A DNA stretch of 64,000 bases from Alphaproteobacteria bacterium. Lineage in GTDB: Bacteria; Pseudomonadota; Alphaproteobacteria; SP197. The position numbers and the translations under genes are program-made. Shown here in pieces: positions 19,756 to 31,369 of the stretch (position 1 is the stretch's first letter; every line of letters begins with the position of its first letter). The notes under the pieces are model-generated. The model worked only from the letters and a program-made list of their open reading frames with translations, had not been told where the DNA came from and did not search any database. The DNA lies in contig OZ245842.1 in assembly GCA_965228895.1 (NCBI GenBank), forward strand, positions 2,016,001-2,080,000, in the 5' to 3' direction.

Positions 19756-22408
19756 GGTCATCGGCCTTGCCGTCGGTGTCGGGCTTTGCCTTGGCCTTCT
19801 TCGCGGATGGCTTCTTCGCGGCTGTTTTCTTGGCTGTCGCTTTTTTCTTCGTTGTAGATTTCTTTGCCTTCTTTGGTTTCTTGGCGCCTTTCTTCGCGGC
19901 CTTTTCGGCGAGCAGGGTTACGGCCTGCTCCATGGTGATGTCCTCGATCTCGACCGATTTCGGCACCGACGCGAAGATGCGATTGTGTTCGATATAGGGC
20001 CCGTAACGGCCCTTTTTGATGACGACGGGTTTTTCGTCGTCGGGGTGGGCACCCAGTTCACGCAGCGGTTCCGCGGCAACCCGTCCGCCACGCGACTTGC
20101 CCTCGGCAATCACGGTGACCGCGCGGTTCAAACCGATGGTCAGGATGTCGTCGTCTTTGGGCAGCGAGACATACTTGTCGCCGTGTTTCAAAAACGGACC
20201 ATAGCGGCCGATGCCCGCGACGACCGGTTTCCCGTCTTCGGGATGCGCGCCGATATCGCGCGGCAGGCTGAGCAAGCGAAGCGCGCGGTCCAGGTCGACA
20301 TCGCCCGGCGCTGTGCCGCGGGGCAAGCCGGTGCGTTTCGGTTTCTTTTCCTTGTCTTCAGGATCGGCTTCGCCGAGCTGTACATAGTGGCCATAAGGGC
20401 CCTTGCGCAAGGAAACGGGCAGGCCCGTCTCGGGATCATCACCGAGCTGCTTGGGACCCGCGTTGGTTTCGTCATCGCCATCTTTGGCGTCGGCGATCAG
20501 CGGCCGGGTGAACTTGCAGTCCGGATAGTTCGAGCAGCCAACAAAAGCACCGAACTTGCCGAGCTTAAGCCCCAGCTTGCCGTCGGCACAGGCGGAGCAG
20601 ACGCGACTGTCTTCGCCGTTGCCGCGCGGCGGGAAGACGTGCGCTTCCAGAATCGTCTCGATCCGCGCAAGTACGTCCGAGCGCTGTAGTTCCGCCGCGC
20701 CTTCCACCGCCATATGGAAGGCGTTCCAGAACTCGCGCAGCACGTCTTTCCAATTGAGCTCGCCGTTCGAGATACGATCGAGCTCCGTTTCCAGGTCGGC
20801 GGTAAAGCCGTATTCGACGTATTGCGGGAAGAAGCTTTCCAGGAACGCGGTGACCAGGCGCCCGCGATCCTGCGGCACGAACCGTTTGCGGTCCAAGACC
20901 ACGTAGTCGCGATCCTGCAACACGCTGATGATCGAGGCGTAGGTCGAGGGCCGGCCGATGCCGAGTTCCTCGAGACGTTTGACGAGGCTTGCCTCGGTAA
21001 AGCGCGGCGGCGGCTCGGTGAAGTGCTGTTCGGGCCTGACGTCACGGCGTTCCATCGGTTCGCCTTCCTTGACGTCCGGCAGGCGCTTTTCCTTCTCGTC
21101 GTCGTCGCCCTGGTCGTCGCGGCCTTCAAGGTAGAGTTTCATGAAACCGTCGAAGGCGACGACCGAGCCGGTCACGCGCAGGACGACATCATGCTTGGGC
21201 GTGGCGATATCAACGGCAACTTGATCGAGGATGGCGGACGCCATTTGGCTCGCCAGCGCGCGTTTCCAGATGAGCTCGTAGAGGCGGCGCTGATCGGTAT
21301 CGAGATAACTGCCGATCGACTCCGGCGTGCGGTCGAAGCCGGTGGGGCGAATGGCCTCATGGGCTTCCTGTGCGTTCTTGGCCGACGAACGGAACTGGCG
21401 CGGCTGTTCGGGCAGATAATCTTTGCCGAACTTGGAGCCGATCAGGTCGCGCGCGCCGTTCAGCGCGACGCCGGCCATCGAAACGCTGTCGGTCCGCATG
21501 TAGGTAATCAGGCCGACGGTCTCGCCGCCAATATCAATGCCTTCATACAAGCGCTGGGCCATCTGCATGGTGTGGCGCGCGTTGAAGCCAAGCTTGCGCG
21601 ATGCTTCCTGCTGCAGGGTCGAGGTGATGAACGGTGGCTGCGGGTTGCGGCGGACCTGTTTGCGTTCGACATTGGCGACGGCAAACGTGCCTTCGCGAAT
21701 GCGTCGCGCTGCGGCCTCTGCTGCGCCGCGTTCGCCGAGCGCGAACTTGTCGAGTTTGGCGCCATCCAATTGGGTCAGCCGCGCGGTCAGGATCTTACCG
21801 TCGGCCTTGGCGAAGTCGGCCTCGACCGACCAGTACTCCCTCGGTACGAAGGTCTCGATTTCGGACTCACGCGCACAGATCAGCCTTAGCGCGACCGACT
21901 GCACGCGGCCCGCCGAACGGCTGCCTGGCAGCTTGCGCCACAGAACCGGCGACAGGTTGAAGCCGACCAGATAGTCGAGCGCACGCCGCGCCTGCTGCGC
22001 GTTGACCAGATCCATGTCGATATCGCGCGGATGCGACATCGCATCGTTGACGGCGTCTTTGGTGATCTCATGGAACACAATCCGCCTGACGGCCGTGCCG
22101 TTCAGCGCCTTCTGGTCTTTCAGCCAGTTCAGCAAATGCCACGAGATCGCCTCGCCCTCGCGATCGGGGTCAGTCGCCAGATAAAGGTTATCGGCGCCCT
22201 TGACCGCGCTGGCGATAGCCTTGAGCTGTTTCATCGAGCGCTCGTTCGTTTCATAGAGCATCTCGAAGTCTTTGTCGGGCAGCACCGAACCGTCCTTCGA
22301 AGGAAGGTCCGACACATGCCCATAGCTCGCGAGCACCGAGAAGTCGCTGCCAAGGTACTTCTCGATCGTCTTTGCCTTAGCGGGTGACTCGACGACAACG
22401 ACGTTCAT
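19736..22408 (-). CDS. topA: DNA topoisomerase I
   Basis: VVVESPAKAKTI, ATDPDREGEAI, SAGRVQS, LITYMRTDS, GIGRPSTYA, zinc ribbon and Lys-rich tail. Confidence 0.97.
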   Translation of the reverse strand: MNVVVVESPAKAKTIEKYLGSDFSVLASYGHVSDLPSKDGSVLPDKDFEMLYETNERSMKQLKAIASAVKGADNLYLATDPDREGEAISWHLLNWLKDQKALNGTAVRRIVFHEITKDAVNDAMSHPRDIDMDLVNAQQARRALDYLVGFNLSPVLWRKLPGSRSAGRVQSVALRLICARESEIETFVPREYWSVEADFAKADGKILTARLTQLDGAKLDKFALGERGAAEAAARRIREGTFAVANVERKQVRRNPQPPFITSTLQQEASRKLGFNARHTMQMAQRLYEGIDIGGETVGLITYMRTDSVSMAGVALNGARDLIGSKFGKDYLPEQPRQFRSSAKNAQEAHEAIRPTGFDRTPESIGSYLDTDQRRLYELIWKRALASQMASAILDQVAVDIATPKHDVVLRVTGSVVAFDGFMKLYLEGRDDQGDDDEKEKRLPDVKEGEPMERRDVRPEQHFTEPPPRFTEASLVKRLEELGIGRPSTYASIISVLQDRDYVVLDRKRFVPQDRGRLVTAFLESFFPQYVEYGFTADLETELDRISNGELNWKDVLREFWNAFHMAVEGAAELQRSDVLARIETILEAHVFPPRGNGEDSRVCSACADGKLGLKLGKFGAFVGCSNYPDCKFTRPLIADAKDGDDETNAGPKQLGDDPETGLPVSLRKGPYGHYVQLGEADPEDKEKKPKRTGLPRGTAPGDVDLDRALRLLSLPRDIGAHPEDGKPVVAGIGRYGPFLKHGDKYVSLPKDDDILTIGLNRAVTVIAEGKSRGGRVAAEPLRELGAHPDDEKPVVIKKGRYGPYIEHNRIFASVPKSVEIEDITMEQAVTLLAEKAAKKGAKKPKKAKKSTTKKKATAKKTAAKKPSAKKAKAKPDTDGKADDHAQAET

Positions 22409-22461
22409 CACGTGGCCCAATATGTCTTGGAAAACATGAGGGTTTTACTTTAACTTCTTGA

Positions 22462-23565
22462 TTAGGCGAGAGAAATCTTGTTCCCCGGGTGTCTCTCAAT
22501 GCGCCCTTCGAGCTCAAGTTCCATCAGCATGGTCTGAGCGTCAGAAGCGGTTACTTGGCATCGCCGTACGATTTCGTCAACCTCGACGGGCGTCGTGCCC
22601 AGGCAATCCAGGATCCGTTTCGCCATGCTTGCCGGTGCCGAATCCTGGTCGTTCTGGGCCGCTTCGCCAGTTGTCTCTTCGGCGGCGTCGAGCTGAATGC
22701 GGCGGGGTTCCGGGCGGGCCAGCGCCTCGACAATGTCCTCGATGCCTTCGGTCAGAATGGCGCCTTGACGAATTAGATGGTTAGGCCCTCTGGCACGTGG
22801 ATCGCGCGGTGAGCCGGGGACAGCAAAGACGTCGCGACCTTCCTCCGCCGCCAGCCGCGCGGTGATGAGCGCGCCGGATTTCCGAGTCGCCTCGACCACG
22901 ATGACCCCCTGGGCAAGGCCGGCAACCAGCCGGTTGCGCCTCGGGAAGTGTCCGGAGCGTGGTGTCAGGCCGAGTTGCTGTTCGGTAACAATTGCGCCAT
23001 CGGCTTTGAGTTCGCCGTAAAGCGTCTCGTTCTCGGGCGGGTAGATATGGTCGATGCCGCCGGCCAGCACGGCAACGGTGCCAGTCTGCAGCGCGCCCTT
23101 ATGCGCCGCCGTGTCGATGCCGCGCGCCATACCGGACACGACGACAAAGTCCTTTTCGCCGAGATCGCGGGCGAGATCTTCCGTCCAGCGCCGCGCAGCG
23201 GCGGAGGCATTGCGTGCGCCAACGATGGCGACCATAGGCCTGTCGAGCAGTGCAGCCTGGCCGATTACGGAGATCACCGGCGGCGGATCGCGTATCTCGG
23301 CGAGCTGCGGGGGATAGGTGTCTTCACCCCAGACGATCAGGCGTCCGCCCAGCTTCTGAAGCGCGTCGACTTCCTTTTCCGCCTCAGCGGTTGTCGCCAC
23401 CCGTTTCGTCTTCAGGCGTGCGCGTTGCATCAGCGCGGGAAGTTGATCGAGCGCGGCCTGTGCGGAGCCGCATTCGCCTAACAGCTCCTGGAAACGCATG
23501 GGGCCGATGCCGCCGCTTCGTGCCAGCGCCAGGCGCGCCAACCGCTCGGTCGCCTCCAGCACCAT
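22462..23565 (-). CDS. dprA: DNA-processing protein DprA
   Basis: VAIVGARNAS, VVSGMARGID, FPRRNR, SGALITA, AVPGSP. Confidence 0.95.
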   Translation of the reverse strand: MVLEATERLARLALARSGGIGPMRFQELLGECGSAQAALDQLPALMQRARLKTKRVATTAEAEKEVDALQKLGGRLIVWGEDTYPPQLAEIRDPPPVISVIGQAALLDRPMVAIVGARNASAAARRWTEDLARDLGEKDFVVVSGMARGIDTAAHKGALQTGTVAVLAGGIDHIYPPENETLYGELKADGAIVTEQQLGLTPRSGHFPRRNRLVAGLAQGVIVVEATRKSGALITARLAAEEGRDVFAVPGSPRDPRARGPNHLIRQGAILTEGIEDIVEALARPEPRRIQLDAAEETTGEAAQNDQDSAPASMAKRILDCLGTTPVEVDEIVRRCQVTASDAQTMLMELELEGRIERHPGNKISLA

Positions 23566-24182
23566 CAGCTTTTACCGATTTTCGGTTCCTCGCCGCGTAC
23601 CAGGCGCAGCATGTTCATGCGATGCTTGAAGAGTGTGAGAAGGGCGAGTACGCCGACCGCCTGCGTATATTGCATGTCATAGGTGAAATACCATACGTAA
23701 CCCACTGATAAAATGGCAGCAATAACGCTCGCCGGTGACACATAACGTGTGACGGCGACGATCACGAGCCAGGTCCCGAAGCCTGCCAGCCCGGCGGGCC
23801 AGGAAATGCCGAGAATGACGCCGAGCCCGGTCGCGATACCTTTGCCGCCTTTGAAACCCAGCCAGATCGGGTACATGTGCCCGACCATGACGGCGACGGC
23901 CGCGACGACCATGTAGTCGGGGCCGCCGAAGTCGAAGGCAAGCAGGACGGCGGCCGCACCCTTCGCGGCGTCGAGCAGCAGCGTTAGCGCAGCGAGTTCC
24001 TTGCGGCCGGTCCTCAGGACATTGGTCGCGCCGATGTTGCCGGAGCCGATCTTGCGTACATCGCCCAGGCCGGCAACGCGAGTGATGATCAGGCCAAACG
24101 GTATGGAACCCATGAGGTAGGCGAGGACAGCACAGGCGTAGATCGGCCAAGTGTATTCAAGCCCGCCCATCAGATCCGGCAT
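23565..24182 (-). CDS. plsY: Glycerol-3-phosphate acyltransferase PlsY
   Basis: GSIPFG, GSGNIGATNVLR, FKGGKGIAT, HRMNMLRL..GEEPKI. Confidence 0.96.
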   Translation of the reverse strand: MPDLMGGLEYTWPIYACAVLAYLMGSIPFGLIITRVAGLGDVRKIGSGNIGATNVLRTGRKELAALTLLLDAAKGAAAVLLAFDFGGPDYMVVAAVAVMVGHMYPIWLGFKGGKGIATGLGVILGISWPAGLAGFGTWLVIVAVTRYVSPASVIAAILSVGYVWYFTYDMQYTQAVGVLALLTLFKHRMNMLRLVRGEEPKIGKS

Positions 24183-24183
24183 G

Positions 24184-25527
24184 TCACGTCCCGTTGGCGT
24201 CCAGTTGGAACACCGTGCGCCCGTTCATGACCGTTCGCACGGTACGGCCCTGAACCGGCCGGTCGTCGAACGGTGAGTTCTTCGATTTGCTCTGGAAGGC
24301 CCGCCGGTCGATCTGCCAGGGACGGTCGAGATCGAACAGGCAGAGGTCGGCCGGGCGTCCTGTCTCGAGGCGCCCGGCGTTGAGCTCCATCAGGTCCGCA
24401 GGCTTGTTGGTCAGCAGCGCCAGCGCCTCAAGCAGGCCGATATGGCGGTTGTGGACCTGCTCCAAAGTCAGTGTCAGCAGGGTCTCCAGACCGACGATGC
24501 CGAAGGCGGCCTGGGCGAACGGCTGGCGTTTGCTGTCTTGATCGTGGGGCGCGTGGTCGCTGACGATGGCGTCAATCGTACCGTCGGCGAGGGCGGCGAC
24601 AACCGCTTGCCGGTCGGTTTCATTGCGCAAGGGTGGGCGAACCTTGGCGAAGGTCCGGTAGTCGCCGATCGCTGTTTCGTTGAGTGCGAAGTAGTGGGGC
24701 GCGGTGTCGCAGGTTACGTTGAGCCCGCGTGCTTTGGCCTGGCGCACGATGTCCAGGCTCTCGGCGGTGGTCAGGTGGGCGAGATGCAGGCGACCACCGG
24801 TCATTTCGGCGAGCCGCACGTCGCGGGCGGCCATGATCGACTCACTTTCGGCTGCCATCCCGGAGAGGCCGAGCCGGGTCGACGTCTCGCCGCTGTTCAT
24901 CTGGCCGGTGCCCGAGATGTTCAGGTCTTCGGCATGGTGGATGATCAGCGCGCTAAAGACGGTGCTGTAGGACAAGGCGCGGCGCAGCACCATGGCGTTC
25001 ATGATGCTGTTCATGCCGTCGCTGAAGGCAATAGCGCCAGCCTCCTGCAGCAGGCCGATCTCCGTCAGGTGTTCGCCGCGCCGACCTTTGGTCAAGGCTG
25101 CTATGGGATGGACCTTGACGATCGCCGTTTCGCGCGCGCGCCGTTCGATAAAATGCACCAGCGACACATCATCGATCGGCGGTTCGGTGCTCGGCATGCA
25201 GGCCATGGTGGTGATGCCGCCGACCGCCGCGGACCGGCTGCCTGTTGCGATGGTTTCCTTGTGCTCGAAGCCGGGCTCGCGCAGGTGGGCGCGGTTGTCG
25301 ACGAGACCAGGCGCCAGGCACAGGCCCGCACAGTCGATGCGCTCGATATCCTCGGCCAGACCGTCGCCCTTAACGTCCGGCCCGATATCCGCGATCGTCT
25401 CGCCCTCGGTAACGACGCCGCCGGTTTCGTCCAGACCGGACGCCGGATCCAGCAGCCGCGCATTCAGATAGGCGACGCGGCCGGGCCGGGTCTTCTTGAT
25501 CGATATGTCGGCGACAAAGTCAGCCAA
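24184..25527 (-). CDS. pyrC: Dihydroorotase (PyrC/PyrC'-type)
   Basis: PGLVD.RAHLREPG.EHKET, KVRPPLR, SDHAPH, GIVGLET; adjacent to pyrB. The first metal-binding His of HxH appears replaced (NRAH), as in ATCase-associated PyrC'. Confidence 0.88.
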   Translation of the reverse strand: MADFVADISIKKTRPGRVAYLNARLLDPASGLDETGGVVTEGETIADIGPDVKGDGLAEDIERIDCAGLCLAPGLVDNRAHLREPGFEHKETIATGSRSAAVGGITTMACMPSTEPPIDDVSLVHFIERRARETAIVKVHPIAALTKGRRGEHLTEIGLLQEAGAIAFSDGMNSIMNAMVLRRALSYSTVFSALIIHHAEDLNISGTGQMNSGETSTRLGLSGMAAESESIMAARDVRLAEMTGGRLHLAHLTTAESLDIVRQAKARGLNVTCDTAPHYFALNETAIGDYRTFAKVRPPLRNETDRQAVVAALADGTIDAIVSDHAPHDQDSKRQPFAQAAFGIVGLETLLTLTLEQVHNRHIGLLEALALLTNKPADLMELNAGRLETGRPADLCLFDLDRPWQIDRRAFQSKSKNSPFDDRPVQGRTVRTVMNGRTVFQLDANGT

Positions 25528-25539
25528 TGAGAGGCTCCG

Positions 25540-26505
25540 TCACTGATTGTGCGCGGGGTCGTCCAGATTTCGCGCCAGGACTTCCAAACAGGCCTGGCGC
25601 ACGGCGACGCCCAGTTCGACTTGGTCCAGGATGACACTGCGGTTGATATCGTCGGCGACCTCGCTGTCGATCTCGACGCCGCGGTTCATAGGGCCGGGAT
25701 GCATGATCAGCGCGTCCGGCTTGGCGACCGCCAGCTTTTCGTAGTCGAGCCCGAAGAAGCGGAAGTACTCGCGTTCCGACGGTACGAAACTGCCCTGCAT
25801 CCGTTCGGTCTGCAGGCGCAGCATCATGACGATGTCGACATCCTTCAGGCCTTCCAGCATGTCGTGATGGACCTCGACGCCATAGCGGTCGACGGCGGGC
25901 GGCAACAGAGTCGGCGGCGCGACCAGTCGGACCCGTGAACCGATGGTGTTGAACAGCAGGATGTTGGAGCGCGCGACACGGCTGTGTGCGATGTCGCCGC
26001 AGATGGCGACGGTCAGGCCGGTCAGCTTGCCGAGCCGGCGTCGAATAGTCAGGGCATCCAGCAGTGCCTGGGTCGGGTGCTCGTGGCTGCCGTCGCCGGC
26101 ATTGATGACGGCGGCGTTGACGTTTTCGGCCAAGAGTTTGACCGCGCCGGAATCGGGATGCCGCACGACCAGCACATCGGGATGCATGGCGTTCAGCGTG
26201 GCCGCCGTATCGATCAGCGTTTCGCCCTTTTTTATCGCGCTGGTCGATGGCGACATGTTGATGACGTCAGCGCCCAAGCGTTTGCCGGCCAGCTCGAACG
26301 ACGTGCGCGTGCGTGTCGAGCTTTCGAAGAACATGTTGATCTGGGTGCGCCCGCGAAGCGCGTCCATCGCCTTTTCCGCGCGCCGGTTCAGCGCGACATA
26401 ACCGTCGGCGACATCGAGCAACCCGTCGATTTCAGCGGCGGAAAGCTCCTCGATACCGAGCAGATGGCGGTGGGGGTAAAAGGAAGATGTCGGCGCAGCA
26501 TTCAT
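25540..26505 (-). CDS. pyrB: Aspartate carbamoyltransferase catalytic subunit
   Basis: [30 protein letters not shown]. Confidence 0.97.
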   Translation of the reverse strand: MNAAPTSSFYPHRHLLGIEELSAAEIDGLLDVADGYVALNRRAEKAMDALRGRTQINMFFESSTRTRTSFELAGKRLGADVINMSPSTSAIKKGETLIDTAATLNAMHPDVLVVRHPDSGAVKLLAENVNAAVINAGDGSHEHPTQALLDALTIRRRLGKLTGLTVAICGDIAHSRVARSNILLFNTIGSRVRLVAPPTLLPPAVDRYGVEVHHDMLEGLKDVDIVMMLRLQTERMQGSFVPSEREYFRFFGLDYEKLAVAKPDALIMHPGPMNRGVEIDSEVADDINRSVILDQVELGVAVRQACLEVLARNLDDPAHNQ

Positions 26506-26542
26506 GCTGAGAAAAAGGTTCTAACGAACCGGCGCCGTGCCG

Positions 26543-27457
26543 TCACGCCAAAATCGCTAGAGCGAGCGGAATGGTCACCATGGCGAGCATTGTTGTGCCC
26601 GTGATCACACCGGCCATCATGCCGGCATTGCCGCTCATCTGGCGCGCCAGGACGTAGGCGGACGGCGAGGCTGGCAGTGCGGCAAACAGGATGACAACCT
26701 GACGTTCCAGGCCCTCGACGCCCAGAATCCATGCGGCCAGACCAGCCAGCGAAGGTAGAACGATCAGCTTGGCTGTGGCGGCGGCAGCGATTGGCCAGCG
26801 CGACTCGACCAGGGACTGCCAGCGAAGCGACGCGCCGACGCACAGCAGGCCGAGACCGAGCGCCGCTTCACCCATAATGTCGAACGTGGCATTGATGAAA
26901 TGCGGTAGCCCAAGCCCACTGACATTCAAGGCGATGCCCGCCAAGCAGGCGAGGACCAGCGGGTTGGTAAAGATGGCGCGGGCGATGAAGCGCCATGTCG
27001 TCGCGGTCGTTGAAGCCCAGCGTCCGAGCGCCAGGCAGCTGATGATGTTCACGGTCGGGATGTAGACCGCCAGCAAGACACCGAAGATGGCGAGCCCGGC
27101 TTGGCCATAGAGCGCCACGCTGGCGGCCAGGCCCGCATAGGTGTTGAACCGGATCGACGCCATCAAGAAGGTCGCGAAGTCCGGATCGCTCATCCTGAGG
27201 CGCGACTTGAAGAGCGGCAGGACCGCCGACAGGACAAGGGCGGGGACGATCAGGGCCAACATGGTCGGCACGATTTCGGCGCCGCCAAGCGCGTTGGTTG
27301 CCAGCCGCGACACCAACAACGCCGGGAATAGGACAAAATAGGTCAGGCGCTCGGCGGCCGACCAAAAACTGTCGCTTGTCGTGAGCCAGCGTCTGATGGC
27401 GATGCCCGCGGCGATGACCAGGAAGATGGGGACCAGCGCCACGAAGCTCTCAGCCAC
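26543..27457 (-). CDS. AEC family transporter
   Basis: AERLTYFVLFPALL, RFNTY.G, NPLVLAC, PASPSAYVLARQM.G; GTG start overlapping the ruvX end. Confidence 0.85.
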   Translation of the reverse strand: MAESFVALVPIFLVIAAGIAIRRWLTTSDSFWSAAERLTYFVLFPALLVSRLATNALGGAEIVPTMLALIVPALVLSAVLPLFKSRLRMSDPDFATFLMASIRFNTYAGLAASVALYGQAGLAIFGVLLAVYIPTVNIISCLALGRWASTTATTWRFIARAIFTNPLVLACLAGIALNVSGLGLPHFINATFDIMGEAALGLGLLCVGASLRWQSLVESRWPIAAAATAKLIVLPSLAGLAAWILGVEGLERQVVILFAALPASPSAYVLARQMSGNAGMMAGVITGTTMLAMVTIPLALAILA

Positions 27458-27926
27458 CGGGCGTCGGGCTCCCTTGCCGCAGCGCGTCAAGAACGCCTTG
27501 CAGGATGTAGGCGGCGGCGAGCTGGTCGACCTTCGCGCCGCGCTTGGCCCGACTCAGATCGGCCTCCAGCATCGCGCGTTCGACCGCCTGGGTGGAAAGC
27601 CGCTCGTCCCACAGCAGGAACGGCAGATCGATCGCCTTCAAAATGTTCCGCGCGATCTGCCGTGTCGCCTGAGCGCGAGGTCCTTCGCTGCCGTCCATGT
27701 TCAGTGGCAGGCCGGCGACCAGGCCGACCACGCATCGATCGGCGATGAGATCCAGCAGTTGTCGGAGGTCGTTCTGCCACTTGCCACGCCTGATCGTGTC
27801 GACGGGCGAGGCGATCAACCGCGTGCCGTCGGAGACCGCGAGGCCGATCGTTTTGTCGCCGATATCGAGACCCAGCAGCGCGCCGGTCGCCGGCAGCGCG
27901 TCGGCGAACGAACTGAGCTCGGTCAC
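27450..27926 (-). CDS. ruvX: Holliday junction resolvase RuvX (YqgF)
   Basis: LGLDIGDKTIGLAVSD, GLPLNMDGSEG, WDERLST, VDQLAAAYILQG; start estimated at GTG 27926. Confidence 0.93.
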   Translation of the reverse strand: MTELSSFADALPATGALLGLDIGDKTIGLAVSDGTRLIASPVDTIRRGKWQNDLRQLLDLIADRCVVGLVAGLPLNMDGSEGPRAQATRQIARNILKAIDLPFLLWDERLSTQAVERAMLEADLSRAKRGAKVDQLAAAYILQGVLDALRQGSPTPGG

Positions 27927-28154
27927 AGGCTTGCTGGTCTTTGAGGCGGGTGATAGGTTCCCGCGCCCTTGTGTCCCGTTTGCCACGATTTTCCGCGTTG
28001 TTTCAGTGACTTCGCGCTGGCGTGATGGTTCCGATGCCCGGCTTTCAAGGGGGCCGTACGACGGAAGCTGAATCACACCAGAAACCAATAGATAATGACC
28101 CCAAACGAAAGGCGTGGGTACGCGTTTCGTTTGGGGCCGTGGAGAGATTGTCAC

Positions 28155-28442
28155 ATGTCGCTTGATAAGGCCACCGTCGCCCGTATCGCGAAACTTGCCC
28201 GCCTTGACGTGGGCGAAGCCGATCAGGAACGTCTCGCCGGCGAACTGTCGGGCATCATCGATTGGGTCGAGCAACTGGACGAGGTCGACACCGCCGATGT
28301 CGAGCCGATGACCAGCGTTGTCGAGATGACGCTGAAGGCAAGGCCCGATGTTGTGAGCGACGGCGCGCGCCAGGACGACGTGTTGGCCAACGCGCCGAAG
28401 GCGGTGCATGGCTTCTATGTCGTGCCGAAGGTGGTCGAGTGA
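28155..28442 (+). CDS. gatC: Asp/Glu-tRNA amidotransferase subunit C
   Basis: [17 protein letters not shown]...VEPMTSV...NAP...FYVVPKVVE. Confidence 0.96.
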   Translation: MSLDKATVARIAKLARLDVGEADQERLAGELSGIIDWVEQLDEVDTADVEPMTSVVEMTLKARPDVVSDGARQDDVLANAPKAVHGFYVVPKVVE

Positions 28443-29911
28443 TGACGGATCTCGTCGACATCACGATCGCCGATGCGCGCGACCTTCTGAGTTCTGGCGA
28501 TACGTCATCGCGTGAGCTGGCCGAGGCGCAGATCGGCGCCATGGAGCGCCATCGCGACCTCAACGCGTTCGTCACCGAAACGCCGGATACCGCGCTTGCC
28601 ATGGCGGATGCATCGGACAAACGGCGTGCCCAAGGCGAGGTCGGTGCCCTGGAAGGCATTCCCGTTGCGATCAAGGACCTGTTCTGCACCAAGGGGACAT
28701 TGACCACGGCGGGATCGCACATTCTGGATGGGTTCAAGCCACCCTATGAATCGACGGTGACCACCAACATGTGGGCGGCGGGCGCGGTCATGCTGGGCAA
28801 GACCAACATGGACGAGTTCGCCATGGGGTCGTCCAACCTGACCAGCTATTACGGTGGCGCGATCAATCCCTGGCGCATGCCCGGTGATAACCGAAAGCTG
28901 GTGCCCGGCGGGTCGTCCGGCGGGTCGGCCTCCGCGGTTTCTGCGCGCATGGCGCTGGGTGCGACCGGCACCGATACAGGCGGCTCGATCCGCCAGCCTG
29001 CGTCCTTCACCGGCATCACCGGCTTGAAACCGACCTATGGCCGCTGTTCGCGCTGGGGCATTGTCGCGTTTGCCTCTTCGCTCGATCAGGCGGGGCCCAT
29101 GGCGCGTTCGGTGCGCGACTGCGCAATTCTGCTGGGCGCGATGGCCGGTCATGACGAAAAGGATTCGACCTCGGTCGATATCGACGTGCCGGACTACGAA
29201 TCTGGCATCGACGATGGTGTCAAAGGTCTCACCATCGGCATTCCCAAGGAGTACCGCGTTGACGGTATGCCCGGCGACATCGAGGATCTCTGGCAGAAGG
29301 GCATCCGCTGGCTCGAAGAGCAGGGCGCCAAGACGGTCGAGATCAGCCTACCGCACACCAAGTATGCACTGCCCGCGTACTATATAGTGGCGCCCGCCGA
29401 AGCCTCGTCGAACCTGGCGCGTTATGACGGCGTAAAGTACGGCTTGCGTGTCGAGGCCGATGATCTGACCACCATGTACGAGAAGACCCGCGCCGAGGGT
29501 TTTGGCGCCGAGGTGCAGCGCCGTGTCTTGATCGGCACCTACGTGCTGTCGGCTGGCTACTACGACGCCTATTACCTGAAGGCGCAGAAGGTCAGGACGC
29601 GTATTGCCGAAGATTTCAAGACGGCTTTCGGTTCGGTCGATGCGATCCTGACGCCAACAGCGCCGAACACCGCCTTCAGCGCCGACGATCCGCCGACCGA
29701 TCCGATCGAGATGTACTTGAACGATGTCTTCACCGTGCCCGCCAGCATGGCGGGCATTCCCGGTATCTCGGTGCCGGCGGGCCTTTCCAGCGAAGGCCTG
29801 CCGCTCGGCCTGCAGGTGCTCGGCAAGGCGTTTGACGAACCGACTGTCATCAAGGTGGCGCGCGCGCTGGAAGTCGCCGCGGCCTTCGATGCGCGCCCGG
29901 AAGGGATCTGA
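28442..29911 (+). CDS. gatA: Asp/Glu-tRNA amidotransferase subunit A
   Basis: Amidase signature GGSSGGSA...[24 protein letters not shown]. Confidence 0.97.
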   Translation: MTDLVDITIADARDLLSSGDTSSRELAEAQIGAMERHRDLNAFVTETPDTALAMADASDKRRAQGEVGALEGIPVAIKDLFCTKGTLTTAGSHILDGFKPPYESTVTTNMWAAGAVMLGKTNMDEFAMGSSNLTSYYGGAINPWRMPGDNRKLVPGGSSGGSASAVSARMALGATGTDTGGSIRQPASFTGITGLKPTYGRCSRWGIVAFASSLDQAGPMARSVRDCAILLGAMAGHDEKDSTSVDIDVPDYESGIDDGVKGLTIGIPKEYRVDGMPGDIEDLWQKGIRWLEEQGAKTVEISLPHTKYALPAYYIVAPAEASSNLARYDGVKYGLRVEADDLTTMYEKTRAEGFGAEVQRRVLIGTYVLSAGYYDAYYLKAQKVRTRIAEDFKTAFGSVDAILTPTAPNTAFSADDPPTDPIEMYLNDVFTVPASMAGIPGISVPAGLSSEGLPLGLQVLGKAFDEPTVIKVARALEVAAAFDARPEGI

Positions 29912-29914
29912 GCC

Positions 29915-31369
29915 ATGGCCAACACCATCGAAGGCGCGACGGGCACCTGGGAATACGTGATCGGGCTTGAGGTGCACGCCCAGATCGTGTCGAAGTCGAA
30001 GCTCTTTTCCGGCGCGTCGACCGAGTTCGGCGCCGATCCCAATGCCCAGGTGTCACCGATCGATGCGGGCATGCCGGGCATGCTGCCGGTCATCAACATG
30101 ACCTGTATCGAACAGGCGGTGCGCACCGGCCTCGCGATCAAGGGCACGATCAACACGCACTCCGTGTTTGACCGAAAGAACTATTTCTATCCCGATCTGC
30201 CCCAGGGTTATCAGATCAGCCAGTACAAGCAGCCGGTGGTGTCGGAAGGCAGCCTGACGATCGACATGGAGGATGGCGAGACACGCGACATCGGCATCGA
30301 GCGTCTGCATGTCGAACAGGACGCCGGCAAGAGCCTGCATGACCAGGACCCCGCGTCGTCCTATGTCGATCTGAACCGCTCGGGTATCGGGCTAATGGAG
30401 ATCGTCTCGAAACCTGAACTGCGTTCGCCGGAAGAAGCCGGCGCCTATGTCAGAAAGCTGCGTTCGATCCTGCGCTATGTCGGCACCTGTGACGGCAACA
30501 TGCAGGAGGGCTCGCTGCGCGTTGACGCCAATGTCTCCGTGCGCAAGCCGGGCGGCGAATTGGGCACCCGCTGCGAGATCAAGAATCTCAATTCCATGCG
30601 GTTCATGCAGCGCGCTATCGAGTACGAGGCGAACCGCCAGATCGATGTCTTGGAGGCCGGCGGCGAAGTCGACCAGGAAACGCGCCTGTTTGACGTCAAC
30701 CGCGGGGAGACGCGAAGCATGCGCAGCAAGGAAGAGGCGCACGACTACCGCTACTTCCCTGATCCCGATCTGCTGCCGCTGCGTCTGGAGCAGGCGTGGA
30801 TCGACGGCATCGGCGAAACCTTGCCCGAGCTGCCGGACGCCAAGAAGGACCGCTTCATGGCCGAGTTCGCGCTGTCGCCCTATGACGCCGGCGTGCTGGT
30901 GGCCGAACAGGAGAACGCCGCGTTCTACGAGGCGGTCGCCGATGGCCGCGACAAGAAACTCGCCGCCAACTGGGTGATCAGCGAACTCTTCGGTCAGCTC
31001 AACAAGGCCGGCAAGACGATCGACGAAAGCCCCGTCTCCGCCGCCGCCATGGGCGAGCTGCTGGACCTGATCGCCGACGGCACGATCTCCGGGCGCACCG
31101 CCAAGGACGTCTTCACCGACATGTTCGAGACCGGCAAGGCAGCCGGCGTTATCGTTGAGGAGAAGGGCCTGAAGCAGGTTTCCGACACCGGCGCGATTGA
31201 GCAGGTCATTGATGAGGTCATGGCGCGCGAAGACGCCAAGGTCGCTGAGTACCGCGGCGGCAAGGACAAGCTGTTCGGCTTCTTTGTCGGCCAAGTCATG
31301 AAAGCCTCGGGCGGCAAGGCCAATCCCAAGGTGGTGAACGAGCTGCTTCGCAAAAAGCTCGATGGCTGA
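29915..31369 (+). CDS. gatB: Asp/Glu-tRNA amidotransferase subunit B
   Basis: [43 protein letters not shown]. Confidence 0.97.
   Translation: MANTIEGATGTWEYVIGLEVHAQIVSKSKLFSGASTEFGADPNAQVSPIDAGMPGMLPVINMTCIEQAVRTGLAIKGTINTHSVFDRKNYFYPDLPQGYQISQYKQPVVSEGSLTIDMEDGETRDIGIERLHVEQDAGKSLHDQDPASSYVDLNRSGIGLMEIVSKPELRSPEEAGAYVRKLRSILRYVGTCDGNMQEGSLRVDANVSVRKPGGELGTRCEIKNLNSMRFMQRAIEYEANRQIDVLEAGGEVDQETRLFDVNRGETRSMRSKEEAHDYRYFPDPDLLPLRLEQAWIDGIGETLPELPDAKKDRFMAEFALSPYDAGVLVAEQENAAFYEAVADGRDKKLAANWVISELFGQLNKAGKTIDESPVSAAAMGELLDLIADGTISGRTAKDVFTDMFETGKAAGVIVEEKGLKQVSDTGAIEQVIDEVMAREDAKVAEYRGGKDKLFGFFVGQVMKASGGKANPKVVNELLRKKLDG

Noticed and set aside
19760-19910. Lys/Ala-rich low-complexity repeat (KKAKKSTTKKKATAKK)
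   Set aside because: Normal basic C-terminal tail of alphaproteobacterial TopA
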